64,000 nucleotides of DNA, from assembly GCA_963843145.1 (NCBI GenBank), contig CAWJJC010000028.1, positions 416,001-480,000 on the forward strand, read 5' to 3'. The DNA comes from an uncultured delta proteobacterium (GTDB taxonomy: Bacteria > Desulfobacterota > RBG-13-43-22). The notes under the pieces are model-generated. The model was given only the letters and a program-made list of their open reading frames with translations. It was not told the DNA's origin and ran no database searches. Below, piece after piece: positions 39,756-49,008 of this stretch. Position 1 is the first letter of the stretch. The number at the start of each line of letters is the position of its first letter. A program made the translations under genes and the position numbers.

Positions 39756-40259
39756 ATGCGTCAGGTCATATCGGTCCTGGTTCGAAATCATCCCGGGGTT
39801 CTCTCCCATGTGGCCAGCCTCTTCACCCGGCGGGCCTATAATATTGAAAGCATTGCCGCCGGCGTTACCGAACGGCCGGACGTGACCCGCATCACCCTGG
39901 TGGTCTCCGGGGATGAAACGGTGCTGGAGCAGGTCATCAAGCAGCTTCGGAAACTGATCGACGTCATCCGGGTCATTGACCTTAAATATTCCCAGGCGGT
40001 CACCCGGGAATTAATTCTGATGACCGTCTTGCTCCCGGCGGATAAAAGGGTGGAATTTATCCAGATCGCCAATTCCTTCGGGGCGGTGATCGTGGATATT
40101 TCCGATCAGACGGCCACCATTGAATTTTCAGGGAACGAACGGCAGATCCACTCCGTCTTAATGGCCCTGGCGGCTTTCAAGGCCAAGGAAATGGCCCGCA
40201 CCGGTCTGATCGCCCTGCCGATCGAGAGTTTGGGGGACAGCAAAGAATTTATCGTTTAA
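39756..40259 (+). CDS. ilvN: Acetolactate synthase small subunit
   Basis: VLVRNHPGVL, RRAYNIES, KQLRKLIDV, ARTG. Confidence 0.95.
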   Translation: MRQVISVLVRNHPGVLSHVASLFTRRAYNIESIAAGVTERPDVTRITLVVSGDETVLEQVIKQLRKLIDVIRVIDLKYSQAVTRELILMTVLLPADKRVEFIQIANSFGAVIVDISDQTATIEFSGNERQIHSVLMALAAFKAKEMARTGLIALPIESLGDSKEFIV

Positions 40260-40336
40260 CTCTTGACAAGAAATTAAGGGATATGATAAATAATAACGTT
40301 TTATGGATTTAAAATCTGGAAAGTGCGAGTGAAACC

Positions 40337-40897
40337 GTGAAAAATCCAATGATTGAAGTGCGCATTCATGGCCGGGGAGGGCAGGGAGCAGTGACTTCGG
40401 CGGAGCTGATGGCCTTGGCGGCCATCGACGAAGGAAAATACGCTCAGGCTTTTCCCAGCTTCGGCCCGGAACGCCGAGGCGCGCCGGTGGTGGCCTTTCT
40501 GAGAGTCAGTGAGGCTCAGATTCGGATTCGGTCCAAGGTCTATCAACCCGACGTGGTGGTGGTCTTGGATCCCACCTTGTTGGATATCGTGGACGTTTCT
40601 GCCGGGCTGAAACCCAAAGGAACCGTGATTATTAATTCCGCCAAAAGCGCCGAACAGATCCAAAAGCAATACGGCTTTAAAGGGCGGCTGGCGACCGTGG
40701 ATGCGACGAAAATTGCGATGGAGGAAATGCGGGTCCCGATTACCAATACCACCATGCTGGGGGCCTTGATCAAGGCAACCGGCATGACCCGGTTGCCCTC
40801 CATGGAAAAACCGCTCAAGGTCCGCTTCGGCAAGATAGCGGAGCGCAACCAAAAATCCATGCAGCGGGCCTATGAAGAAACCGCGATAAGGGAGTAA
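40337..40897 (+). CDS. porC: Pyruvate/2-oxoacid:ferredoxin oxidoreductase gamma subunit
   Basis: HGRGGQGAVT, FGPERRGAPV, NTTMLGA. Confidence 0.93.
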   Translation: MKNPMIEVRIHGRGGQGAVTSAELMALAAIDEGKYAQAFPSFGPERRGAPVVAFLRVSEAQIRIRSKVYQPDVVVVLDPTLLDIVDVSAGLKPKGTVIINSAKSAEQIQKQYGFKGRLATVDATKIAMEEMRVPITNTTMLGALIKATGMTRLPSMEKPLKVRFGKIAERNQKSMQRAYEETAIRE

Positions 40898-40901
40898 ACC
40901 G

Positions 40902-41198
40902 GTGGCGAAAATTGATGCCTTGATGCCCTGGAGAGAGGTGCCTTTGGGAGGCGCCATCCTGGAACCGGGCAATGCCAGGAAGTTTAAGACCGGAGACTGG
41001 CGGTCCAAAATCCGCCCGGTCACCGATCGAGAAAAATGCATTAAATGCGGAATGTGCTGGGTGTTTTGTCCGGATATGGCCTATGCCCACCGGGAAGACG
41101 GCTATTTCGACTGGAACAGCGATTACTGCAAAGGTTGCGGTATTTGCGCCCGGGAATGTCCCAAAGAGGCCATTCAGATGGTTGCGGAGGAAGAATAG
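40902..41198 (+). CDS. porD: Oxidoreductase delta subunit (2[4Fe-4S])
   Basis: TGDWR, CIKCGMCWVFCP, CKGCGICARECP. Confidence 0.93.
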   Translation: MAKIDALMPWREVPLGGAILEPGNARKFKTGDWRSKIRPVTDREKCIKCGMCWVFCPDMAYAHREDGYFDWNSDYCKGCGICARECPKEAIQMVAEEE

Positions 41199-41200
41199 CT

Positions 41201-42379
41201 ATGGCCAAACGAGTCGGCATGGAGGTTTCCATTGCCATCAGCGAAGCGGTGAAGTTGGCCAATGTGGATGTTATTTCGGCCTATCCCATCACGCCCCAGA
41301 CCCATATCGTGGAGCACCTTTCCGAATTTGTCAATGACGGAGAACTGCATAGCGCTTTCATCCCGGTGGAGTCGGAGCATTCAGCCCTGAGCGCCGCCGT
41401 GGGGTCCTCGGCCGTGGGGGCCCGGACCTTCACCGCCACCAGTTCCCAGGGCCTGGCCCTGATGCACGAGATCATGTTCGTGGCCTCCAGCCTGCGTCTG
41501 CCTATCGTCATGTCCGTGGTCAACCGGGCCTTGTCGGCGCCGATCAATATCTGGAATGACCTGAGCGATATCATGACCGAGCGGGATACCGGCTGGGTCC
41601 AGCTTTTTGCCATCAACGGCCAGGAGGCCTTCGACCTGACCTTGCAGGCGTTTAAGATCGCCGAAGACCCGAGGGTTCTGCTTCCGGTGGCCGTCAACCT
41701 GGACGGGTTTATCCTCAGTCACGTGATTGAGCCCATCGAACTTTTGGACCAGCAGGAAGTGGATCAATTCCTGAGTCCCTTCCAGCCGGTGCTGCGCCTC
41801 GATCCGGACAAGCCCGTTTCCCTGGGCGCCTTTGGCAGTCCGGACGTCTTTATCGAGGTCAAAAAACAGATCGAAGAAGCCTTGATCGGCTCCCAGAAGG
41901 TGGTGACCGAGGTCTGGAAGGATTTCGGCCGGCTCTTTGGACGAAACTACAAAGCCGTGGAATCCTACAGAACCAAGGAGGCCGAAACGTTGCTGATCAC
42001 CATGGGCAGCATCAGCGAAACCGCCATGATGTCCGTGGATGCCCTGCGGGAGAAGGGGCAGAAGGTGGGCCTGATTCACATCCGACTCTGGCGGCCTTTT
42101 CCCTTTAAGGAATTTCTCCAGGCGATCAAGGGGGCCAAGGTCCTGGCGGTCCTGGATCGCGCCCTGGTGCCCGGGGGAGTCGGCGGGCCGGTGGGCCTGG
42201 AAGTGAAAGCCGCCCTTTACGGAAAAGACAACCGTCCCTATGTGGCTGAATTTGTGGCCGGGTTGGGCGGCCGGGATTTGACGGTGGAGACCTTCATCGA
42301 GGTGCTGGAAAAGGCCGGACGCTATGCCCAAAAACAAAAAGACTTTCAATACGAATTGATCGGGGTGCGCGAAAAATGA
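41201..42379 (+). CDS. porA: Oxidoreductase alpha subunit
   Basis: AYPITPQT, VESEHSA, TATSSQG, GLGGRD; ATG 41201. Confidence 0.94.
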   Translation: MAKRVGMEVSIAISEAVKLANVDVISAYPITPQTHIVEHLSEFVNDGELHSAFIPVESEHSALSAAVGSSAVGARTFTATSSQGLALMHEIMFVASSLRLPIVMSVVNRALSAPINIWNDLSDIMTERDTGWVQLFAINGQEAFDLTLQAFKIAEDPRVLLPVAVNLDGFILSHVIEPIELLDQQEVDQFLSPFQPVLRLDPDKPVSLGAFGSPDVFIEVKKQIEEALIGSQKVVTEVWKDFGRLFGRNYKAVESYRTKEAETLLITMGSISETAMMSVDALREKGQKVGLIHIRLWRPFPFKEFLQAIKGAKVLAVLDRALVPGGVGGPVGLEVKAALYGKDNRPYVAEFVAGLGGRDLTVETFIEVLEKAGRYAQKQKDFQYELIGVREK

Positions 42380-43362
42380 TTGCCGAGGATCTGAAAGAGT
42401 TCAAAAAATTTACGCCCAAGACCCTTCCCCGGGAAGAACCCCTGGTCTCCGGTCACCGGGCCTGCCAGGGTTGCGGGGAAGTGTTGGCCTTACGCCTGGT
42501 GGCTAAGGCCATCGGCACGCCTATGATCGTCGTCAGCGCCACGGGCTGCATGGAGATCATTTCCTCCCCTTTCCCCCAGACCGCCTGGGACGTGCCTTGG
42601 CTCCATGTGGCCTTTGAAAACTCCGCTGCCGTGGCTTCCGGGGTCGAGGCCGGGTTGAAAATCCTGATGGAGAAGAAAAGGATCCCGCAAAAGTCGATCA
42701 ACGTGGTGGCTTTTGCCGGGGATGGGGGTACCGCCGATATCGGCCTTCAGTCCCTTTCCGGCGCCATGGAACGGGGCCATAATTTTGTGTATGTCTGCCT
42801 GGATAACGAAGCCTATATGAACACCGGTATCCAGCGTTCCAGTTCCACCCCTTTCGGGGCCATGACCACCACTTCACCGGCCGGCAAGGTGATCTCCGGG
42901 CAAACCACCTGGAAAAAGAATATGCCGGCCATCATGGCGGCCCATAATATCCCTTACGTGGCCACGGCCTCGCCGGCTTTTTACCTGGACCTGATGAACA
43001 AGGCCAAAAAAGCCTCGATGATCAAAGGCCCAGCCTATCTCCATGTCTATGCCTCCTGCCCCACGGGCTGGCGGCACGGATCGGATCTGGCCATCGAAGT
43101 GAGCCGGAAAGTGGTGGAGACGAATATCTTCCCCTTGTATGAAATTGAAGAAGGGAGATACACGGTCCGCAAGAACAACAACCCCAAACCGGTGGAGGAA
43201 TATTTTAAACAGCAGCGGCGCTTCGCTCACCTGACGCCGGAAATGTTAAAGATGATCCAGGACCGAACGGACCGGGATTACCAGCGCTTGCTGCAGATGG
43301 AAGCTTTGACCAACCCGGCCGCCGTTAAGAAGGAAGAACCGAAAGAAGACGCGGTTCAGTAA
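42376..43362 (+). CDS. porB: Oxidoreductase beta subunit
   Basis: GHRACQGCG, ATGC, GDGG, YMNTGIQRS, CPTGW. Confidence 0.94.
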   Translation: MIAEDLKEFKKFTPKTLPREEPLVSGHRACQGCGEVLALRLVAKAIGTPMIVVSATGCMEIISSPFPQTAWDVPWLHVAFENSAAVASGVEAGLKILMEKKRIPQKSINVVAFAGDGGTADIGLQSLSGAMERGHNFVYVCLDNEAYMNTGIQRSSSTPFGAMTTTSPAGKVISGQTTWKKNMPAIMAAHNIPYVATASPAFYLDLMNKAKKASMIKGPAYLHVYASCPTGWRHGSDLAIEVSRKVVETNIFPLYEIEEGRYTVRKNNNPKPVEEYFKQQRRFAHLTPEMLKMIQDRTDRDYQRLLQMEALTNPAAVKKEEPKEDAVQ

Positions 43363-43379
43363 CAATAATTGGCAAGATT

Positions 43380-43488
43380 CGTCACCCCGGCGAAAGCCGG
43401 GGTCCAGAGCGGATGAAGAACACTGGATTCCGGCCATTCGACAAAGCTCATGGCCCTGAGCCAGCCGAAGGGCTTTCGCCGGAATGAC
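43380..43488. repeat. CGTC-type REP-like repeat with a nested TTCGAC..GCTCA element
   Basis: CGTCACCCCGGCGAAAGCCGGGGTCCAG..CTGGATTCCGG[CCATTCGACAAAGCTCATGGCCCTGAGCCAGCCGAAGGG]CTTTCGCCGGAATGAC. Confidence 0.8.
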
Positions 43489-43535
43489 AACTAAAGAATC
43501 TTTATATAGAGTCAGAAGTCAAGTATGTTTTAAAT

Positions 43536-43611
43536 TCCCCGGTAGCTCAGCCGGTAGAGCGGGTGGCTGTTAACCACTTGGTCGGCGGTTCGAATCCGTC
43601 CCGGGGAGCCA
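43536..43611 (+). tRNA. tRNA-Asn (GTT)
   Basis: TCCCCGG/CCGGGGA acceptor stem, GGTGG-CTGTTAA-CCACT anticodon arm, GTTCGAATC, GCCA end. Confidence 0.97.
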
Positions 43612-43619
43612 TTCGACGC

Positions 43620-43655
43620 GAAAAGGGTCCCTTTATAAAACAAGGGACCCTTTTC
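43620..43655 (+). terminator. Hairpin terminator after tRNA-Asn
   Basis: GAAAAGGGTCCCTT-tataaaac-AAGGGACCCTTTTC. Confidence 0.75.
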
Positions 43656-43696
43656 TTGCTCATGGCTATCGCCAGTTACAGGAATGTTTAATAAAA

Positions 43697-43756
43697 TAGC
43701 GTCGAATGAGCCTTGAGCCGGCCCGAATGGGAATGAGGGGCGAGTCGAAAGGCCAA
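43697..43756 (+). repeat. 60-bp direct repeat, copy 1, upstream of the GIY-YIG gene
   Basis: 54/60 identical to 44102-44161 by manual alignment. Confidence 0.92.
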
Positions 43757-43788
43757 GTTTCCACAAGGGTAAGATCAGGTACAAGACC

Positions 43789-44091
43789 ATGCCTGCTTGG
43801 TGTTATATTCTGCGTTTAAAATCAGGCAAGTTATACATTGGATCTACCTCAAACATTAATCAGCGATACCATGATCATTTAAGTGGTCGGGCTTGCCGAA
43901 CTACAAAATATGATCCCGCCATTCATTTTGTCTATTCGGAAGAATTTGAAAATTTAAAGATTGCCCAGTTACGAGAGGCACAAATAAAACGTTGGTCCCG
44001 GGCAAAGAAGGAAGCACTAATAGCTGCTGACCTTAATAAGTTAAACCAGTTGTCCAAAACAAAGTCAAAACAAGAGGGGCGTAAGGATTAG
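43789..44091 (+). CDS. Small GIY-YIG nuclease (UPF0213-like)
   Basis: WCYILR..LYIGST..RY.DH..G..TTKY..AQLREAQIKRWSRAKKEALI. Confidence 0.92.
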   Translation: MPAWCYILRLKSGKLYIGSTSNINQRYHDHLSGRACRTTKYDPAIHFVYSEEFENLKIAQLREAQIKRWSRAKKEALIAADLNKLNQLSKTKSKQEGRKD

Positions 44092-44101
44092 GTTATAAAT
44101 T

Positions 44102-44161
44102 TAGCGTCGAATGATCCTTGAGCCGGCCCGAGTAGTATTGAGGGACGAGTCGAAAGGCCAA
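44102..44161 (+). repeat. 60-bp direct repeat, copy 2, downstream of the GIY-YIG gene
   Basis: TAGCGTCGAATGATCCTTGAGCCGGCCCGAGTAGTATTGAGGGACGAGTCGAAAGGCCAA. Confidence 0.92.
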
Positions 44162-44255
44162 AATCTAGGAAATGACTCAATCCTTTTCCTGAAGCCAATT
44201 ATTCTCTCCATTCCGCAATCAAAATTCCACAAAGCCCCCTGACCTGAAATCCCCC

Positions 44256-44292
44256 TTGACACCTTTTCTTCTTATTGTATGATATATCATAC
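44256..44292 (+). promoter_or_regulatory. Sigma-70 promoter with a perfect 16-bp palindrome over the -10
   Basis: TTGACA (44256)-16 bp-TATGAT (44278); GTATGATATATCATAC at 44277-44292. Confidence 0.7.
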
Positions 44293-44357
44293 GATGTACA
44301 GCTTGCTATGAATATTGATTGGACCAAATCTCTCAGGGGCTTGAAAGGAGAGCGGCT

Positions 44358-44570
44358 TTGAGTACCCCGGTCGACATACCCCGATTAGTCCGTGAGCTCC
44401 GAAAACGAACGGGGCTCACCCAGGAAAAATTCGCCGCCAAGCTCGGTGTGACCTTCCCGACCATCAACCGCTGGGAAAACGGTCGGGCCAAGCCGTCGCC
44501 GTTGGCCATGCAGAGGATTGAGGATCTGCTAGACAGCATGGGTGAGAAAGATGTTGAATTGCTGAAATGA
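44358..44570 (+). CDS. XRE-family HTH regulator
   Basis: LRKRTGLTQEKFAAKLGVTFPTINRWENGRAKPS; AAGGAG then TTG at 44358. Confidence 0.9.
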   Translation: MSTPVDIPRLVRELRKRTGLTQEKFAAKLGVTFPTINRWENGRAKPSPLAMQRIEDLLDSMGEKDVELLK

Positions 44571-44789
44571 CCTACTGGCGGTGGAAATTTGAGGTTATCC
44601 GGTGACTGAGTCGGGGAGAATAAGAAAATCAGACCTGAAGGCCTTTATTGCATTGGGAGAAGACAGCCGTCTTTAATCCAAGAAAGATGTGCAAGTGGGG
44701 CGGGTTTGTCGGTCACCAGCGCCAATTGAATGAAAAATATTATGGCGCCTCTTATGACGTCGAACAATTGGTAATCCGCAGAGGAGACA

Positions 44790-45995
44790 ATGATCTACAC
44801 AGAGAAACAACTGGAAATACTCCTGGCCGATATCGAATCGGATCTTGCCGAGCGAAAGGAATCCTGGAAGGGTGACGCCCCGGAGACCGGACGGCAGGCC
44901 GCTTGCGCATTTGCAAACGATTTGCCCGATCATCGACGGCCAGGGGTTCTCTTTATCGGAGCGAAGAACGATGGTTCACCCTCCCATTTGAACATCACAG
45001 ATGAACTGTTGCGTACCCTTTCCGATATCAGGACAGATGGCAACACCCTGCCGCCGACTTCAATCGTTGTTGAAAAACGAAACCTCAGAGGAGCCGCCAT
45101 GGCGGTCGTTATTGTTCTGCCTTCGGATACCCCGCCGGTCAGATATAAGGGAAGGATCTGGATTCGCACTGGGCCCCGCAGGTCTGTAGCTACTCCCCAG
45201 GAGGAACGCATCCTGAATGAAAAGCGCCGTTACCGGGATATCCCCTTTGACATCCAGCCGCTTCCATCCTGCCCCTTGTCGGCGCTCAGTCGGATTTTAT
45301 TCGAGCAGGAGTATTTGCCCAATGCCTTTGCTCCGGATGTGGTAGCAACCAACGAACGATCTTACGAACAGAAGCTCGCTTCGTGCCGAATGATCGCCGC
45401 CGTAGACGATCCTGTCCCGACGATACTGGGCGTATTGGTCCTGGGCGTATCGCCACGGGATTGGATCCCCGGTGCCTATACACAATTCCTTCGGATCGCC
45501 GGGACGGAGGTGAGCGATCCGATCCAGGACGAGTCTCTTATAGACGGTGCGTTGGGACAGGTTTTACGTCGCATAGACGAAAAGATCGATTCACATAATC
45601 GCCGCCAAGTCGACATTTCATCAGCCGATCGGGAAGTTCGCACGGCTCCCTATCCGCGTGTGGCGCTTCAGCAGTTGATTCGCAATGCGGTCATGCACCG
45701 CACCTATGAAAACACCAACACGCCTGTCCGCGTCCATTGGTTCGATGATCGTATAGAAATCATTAATCCGGGAGGACCGTTCGGTATTGTCACCCGGGAA
45801 AACTTCGGCCGCCCCGGTATTACCGATTATCGGAACCCAAATCTTGCAGATGCCATGAAAGTCATGGGTTTTGTTCAGCGTTTCGGCATAGGTATCCAGA
45901 CCGCAAGGGCGGAGATGAAAAAAAATGGCAATCCCGATATCGAATTTCAAATTGAACCGTTGACTGTACTCGCTACGGTCAGGAGGCGCCCATGA
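44790..45995 (+). CDS. Schlafen/AlbA_2 domain fused to a HATPase_c_4 (RecG C-terminal-like) domain
   Basis: ESDLAERK, CAFAND, GVLFIG; YPRVALQQLIRNAVMHR, DRIEIINPG, RNPNLA, VQRFGIG. Confidence 0.88.
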   Translation: MIYTEKQLEILLADIESDLAERKESWKGDAPETGRQAACAFANDLPDHRRPGVLFIGAKNDGSPSHLNITDELLRTLSDIRTDGNTLPPTSIVVEKRNLRGAAMAVVIVLPSDTPPVRYKGRIWIRTGPRRSVATPQEERILNEKRRYRDIPFDIQPLPSCPLSALSRILFEQEYLPNAFAPDVVATNERSYEQKLASCRMIAAVDDPVPTILGVLVLGVSPRDWIPGAYTQFLRIAGTEVSDPIQDESLIDGALGQVLRRIDEKIDSHNRRQVDISSADREVRTAPYPRVALQQLIRNAVMHRTYENTNTPVRVHWFDDRIEIINPGGPFGIVTRENFGRPGITDYRNPNLADAMKVMGFVQRFGIGIQTARAEMKKNGNPDIEFQIEPLTVLATVRRRP

Positions 45996-47014
45996 GTGTT
46001 CCGGTACTGACTTTTTTCAATAACAAAGGCGGTGTGGGCAAAACATCCCTCGTGTATCACCTGGCCTGGATGTTTTCCGAACTCAACCATACGGTTGTCG
46101 CTGTTGATCTTGATGCCCAAGCCAATTTGACCGCTGCCTATCTCGAAGAAGACGAGCTTGAGCAACTATGGGAAAACGAAAAAGATCCAACAACGATTTA
46201 CAGGGCCATAGAACCGCTCACCCAAGTAGGGGATATAGTTAAGCCCCGTGTTGAAAAAGTGACGCAAGGCCTGTATTTAATTCCCGGGGATGTGGCTTTG
46301 GCATCATTTGAGGATTTATTGTCTGAATCTTGGCCTAAGAGCATGGGTGACCCCAATTTGTATCGCTACTTTCGTATTCTGACGGCGTTCTGGCAAGTCG
46401 CACAAATGACGGCCCAACAGGTAGGCGCCGATATCATCCTGATGGATGTCGGTCCCAACCTCGGGGCTATCAACCGGTCGGCCTTAATCGCCTCCGATTA
46501 TGTTGCTATCCCCTTGGGAGCCGATCTTTTTTCTCTCCAGGGTTTAAGAAACCTGGGCCCGACGCTTCGTTCGTGGCGCGAAGGCTGGAAAAAACGGATA
46601 GATAATTGGAAATCCCCCGAATTTGACCTTCCCCAGGGGCGCATGAAACCGCTTGGTTATATCGTACAGCAACATAGTGTGCGGCTCAGTCGACCGGTCA
46701 AGGCCTATGATAAATGGGTCAACCGTATCCCGGCTGTTTATCATGAAGCGGTGCTTCAGAATTCCACCACCGCGGCTACCCCATCGCAAGATGAGGAATG
46801 CCTGGCCACATTGAAACACTTTCGCAGCCTGATACCGATGGGGCAGGAAGCGCGTAAACCCATATTTCACCTAACATCCGCCGATGGGGCCATTGGAAGT
46901 CACGCCCAGGCAGTCCAAGAGGCTTACAAAGACTTTAAACTACTTATGGAAAGATTGCTCGAGCGAATGGAAAGTATAACCCCTACCCTCCCAAACCTTG
47001 ACCCAAGGGTTTAG
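45992..47014 (+). CDS. ParA/MinD-family ATPase
   Basis: FNNKGGVGKT, VDLDAQANLT, DVGPNLG; ATGA overlap with the upstream gene. Confidence 0.92.
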   Translation: MSVPVLTFFNNKGGVGKTSLVYHLAWMFSELNHTVVAVDLDAQANLTAAYLEEDELEQLWENEKDPTTIYRAIEPLTQVGDIVKPRVEKVTQGLYLIPGDVALASFEDLLSESWPKSMGDPNLYRYFRILTAFWQVAQMTAQQVGADIILMDVGPNLGAINRSALIASDYVAIPLGADLFSLQGLRNLGPTLRSWREGWKKRIDNWKSPEFDLPQGRMKPLGYIVQQHSVRLSRPVKAYDKWVNRIPAVYHEAVLQNSTTAATPSQDEECLATLKHFRSLIPMGQEARKPIFHLTSADGAIGSHAQAVQEAYKDFKLLMERLLERMESITPTLPNLDPRV

Positions 47015-47160
47015 GCGCTTGGCTTGAAAAGCGGCTGATCAGAATCCGAAAGAAGCATCCCACATTATTTACCGGATGAAATCAATGAAATAAACTCCAA
47101 TCCATAGACCCAATTAACCTCTTTGACAAATTCGAAGATTTAAGAACAGATATCAACTTC

Positions 47161-48084
47161 GTGTTTAACCTCCTAAAAAACCGCGACTTCCTCCTGATCC
47201 TCTCCATCGTCCTCGGTCTGTCTCTGGGCCAGGGGGCCCAATGGACCCGAGACCTGGTGATCCCCGGTCTGGCGGTGATCATGACCCTGTCCGTCATGGG
47301 CATCCCGGGAAGTGTCTTCCGCTCTCCGCGCTCGCTGGTTATCCCGACCCTGGCCGGGTTGCTTTTGAATTACGGGGTACAGGGCGGGGTGGTGCTGGGT
47401 CTCAGCGCCCTGCTGATCAAAGAGGAGGCCCTTCGGGCCGGGTTCGTCATGGTGGCAGCGGCACCCCCGGCCGTGGCAGTGATCCCCTTTACCGTGCTGC
47501 TGAAAGGGGATGGGCCATTTTCCCTGGTAGCCACCGTTGGCTGCTATCTGGCCGCCCTGATCTTGATGCCCTTGATTATCTTCGGGTTGCTCGGAATCGG
47601 ATTCGCGGATCGCGAAAAACTGGTTTGGATCATGGTCGAGCTGATCCTGGTCCCATTGGCGATTTCCCGGGTGCTGCGCTGGTCGGGCTTTTCGGAAAAG
47701 CTGGAACCCTTCAAAGGGGCGCTCACCAACTGGGGTTTCTTCCTGGTCGTCTATACTATTGTTGGCCTAAACCGGGCTGTACTGATAAACCGCCCGCTGA
47801 GCATTCTATCCGTTTTTCTGGTGTCCTTGGCCGCTATCTTTTTGCTGGGCTGGGCCATAGAGAGAGTGGGGCGGCTCTTCAAGATCGATCCCCGAAAACG
47901 GCTGAGCCTGGTGCTGCTGGGGACTCACAAGAATACCGGCCTGGCCGCCGGTCTGGCCTTGACCCTGCTCGGCGAGCGCACGGCCTTGCCGGCCACCGTT
48001 TCCACGGTTTTCATGATTGTGTATGTCGTATCGTTGAGTATCAAACAGCGCCGAATTAGCCTGAAAAAGAAAACCCAACCTTGA
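47161..48084 (+). CDS. Bile acid:sodium symporter-like membrane transporter
   Basis: About 10 TMs, AAPPAVAV, GTHKNTGLA. Confidence 0.78.
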   Translation: MFNLLKNRDFLLILSIVLGLSLGQGAQWTRDLVIPGLAVIMTLSVMGIPGSVFRSPRSLVIPTLAGLLLNYGVQGGVVLGLSALLIKEEALRAGFVMVAAAPPAVAVIPFTVLLKGDGPFSLVATVGCYLAALILMPLIIFGLLGIGFADREKLVWIMVELILVPLAISRVLRWSGFSEKLEPFKGALTNWGFFLVVYTIVGLNRAVLINRPLSILSVFLVSLAAIFLLGWAIERVGRLFKIDPRKRLSLVLLGTHKNTGLAAGLALTLLGERTALPATVSTVFMIVYVVSLSIKQRRISLKKKTQP

Positions 48085-48100
48085 AATCATTTAGACAAAA

Positions 48101-48347
48101 GGTTAGTATGAAAAATTAATATGAAAATAATATCAGGCGCCACCTTGGGCATTTGTCTTTGCCGTCATGCCGGACTCGATAAGCCTGCCCCGGCAGGTAG
48201 TAAGCCGGGGGCATCCAGGTCTTTTGAGGCTAAACCGTGGCCTGGATTTCGGATCGCGTCACGCCGCCGGCGTGACTTGTCCGGAATGACGAGCCGACTC
48301 GACCCGTTTAAAGCTTATTTTCATGCTTCGTAGGGGGCCATGGGGGG
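48101..48347. repeat. Family-A element ends enclosing a CGTC-type REP
   Basis: TAATATGAAAATAA...[CGTCATGCCGG...CCGGAATGACG at 48163-48291]...TTATTTTCATGCTTCG...CATGGGG. Confidence 0.75.
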
Positions 48348-48381
48348 TAGTGCGACATTACGGAGAATTTCAGGGGGATTA

Positions 48382-49002
48382 ATGAAGTTAAAAATCGGCG
48401 TTATGGGGCATGCCGGTTCGGATTTACCGGAAAGAGAGAAACATCTAGCCTTTGAGCTGGGAAAGGCCATTGCCGAACAGGATGCGATTACCATTACCGG
48501 GGCCTGTCCAGGCTACCCTTTGGAAGCGGCCAGAGGGGCGGCCAGTCGGGGCGGGCTGGTGATCGGGATCTCCCCGGGACTCAGCCTCTGGGAACACCTG
48601 CACAAATATCATTCTCCCACCGAGCATCATGATGTGCTGATCTTTACCGGCAGCGGACTGATGGGCCGAGAGGTGGTCAACATCCGCAGTTCGGATATTG
48701 TAGTCATTATCGGAGGAAAATCCGGGACCTTGGGGGAATTCTCTATTGCCTACGATGAGGGCAAGCTGATCGGGATCCTGATGGGCACCGGGGGCATTAC
48801 CACGGAAATCAAGCACCTGGTTCGGATCATCCGGAAAGATACCGGGTCCAAGGTGCTTTATGACCATGAACCCCGGCGGCTCATTCAACGGCTTTGGAAA
48901 TATTACCACCAGGAGCATTTCAAGCATCCCTCCTGTTTTCGTGACGATCAGCAATATGCAGAAACCGACGGAGAAACCCCGGACCGGTTAAAGGAGGGAT
49001 AG
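48382..49002 (+). CDS. LOG/SLOG-family (TIGR00725-like) nucleotide-binding protein
   Basis: IGVMG, ITGACPG, IGISP, GREVVNIRSSD, GGKSGTLGE. Confidence 0.85.
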   Translation: MKLKIGVMGHAGSDLPEREKHLAFELGKAIAEQDAITITGACPGYPLEAARGAASRGGLVIGISPGLSLWEHLHKYHSPTEHHDVLIFTGSGLMGREVVNIRSSDIVVIIGGKSGTLGEFSIAYDEGKLIGILMGTGGITTEIKHLVRIIRKDTGSKVLYDHEPRRLIQRLWKYYHQEHFKHPSCFRDDQQYAETDGETPDRLKEG

Positions 49003-49008
49003 ACTCCA

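Noticed and set aside
43697-44161. CRISPR array or integron cassette
   Set aside because: Only two 60-bp repeats separated by a gene; no cas or intI gene, and no attC RYYYAAC/GTTRRRY ends.
44648-44875. 75-aa ORF between the XRE and AlbA_2 genes
   Set aside because: No RBS or motif and it overlaps the next gene; possibly a remnant but unsupported.
47014-47160. attR copy of the tRNA-Asn 3' end closing the islet
   Set aside because: No CCGGGGAGCCA-like duplicate seen and no integrase, so island limits are unsupported.
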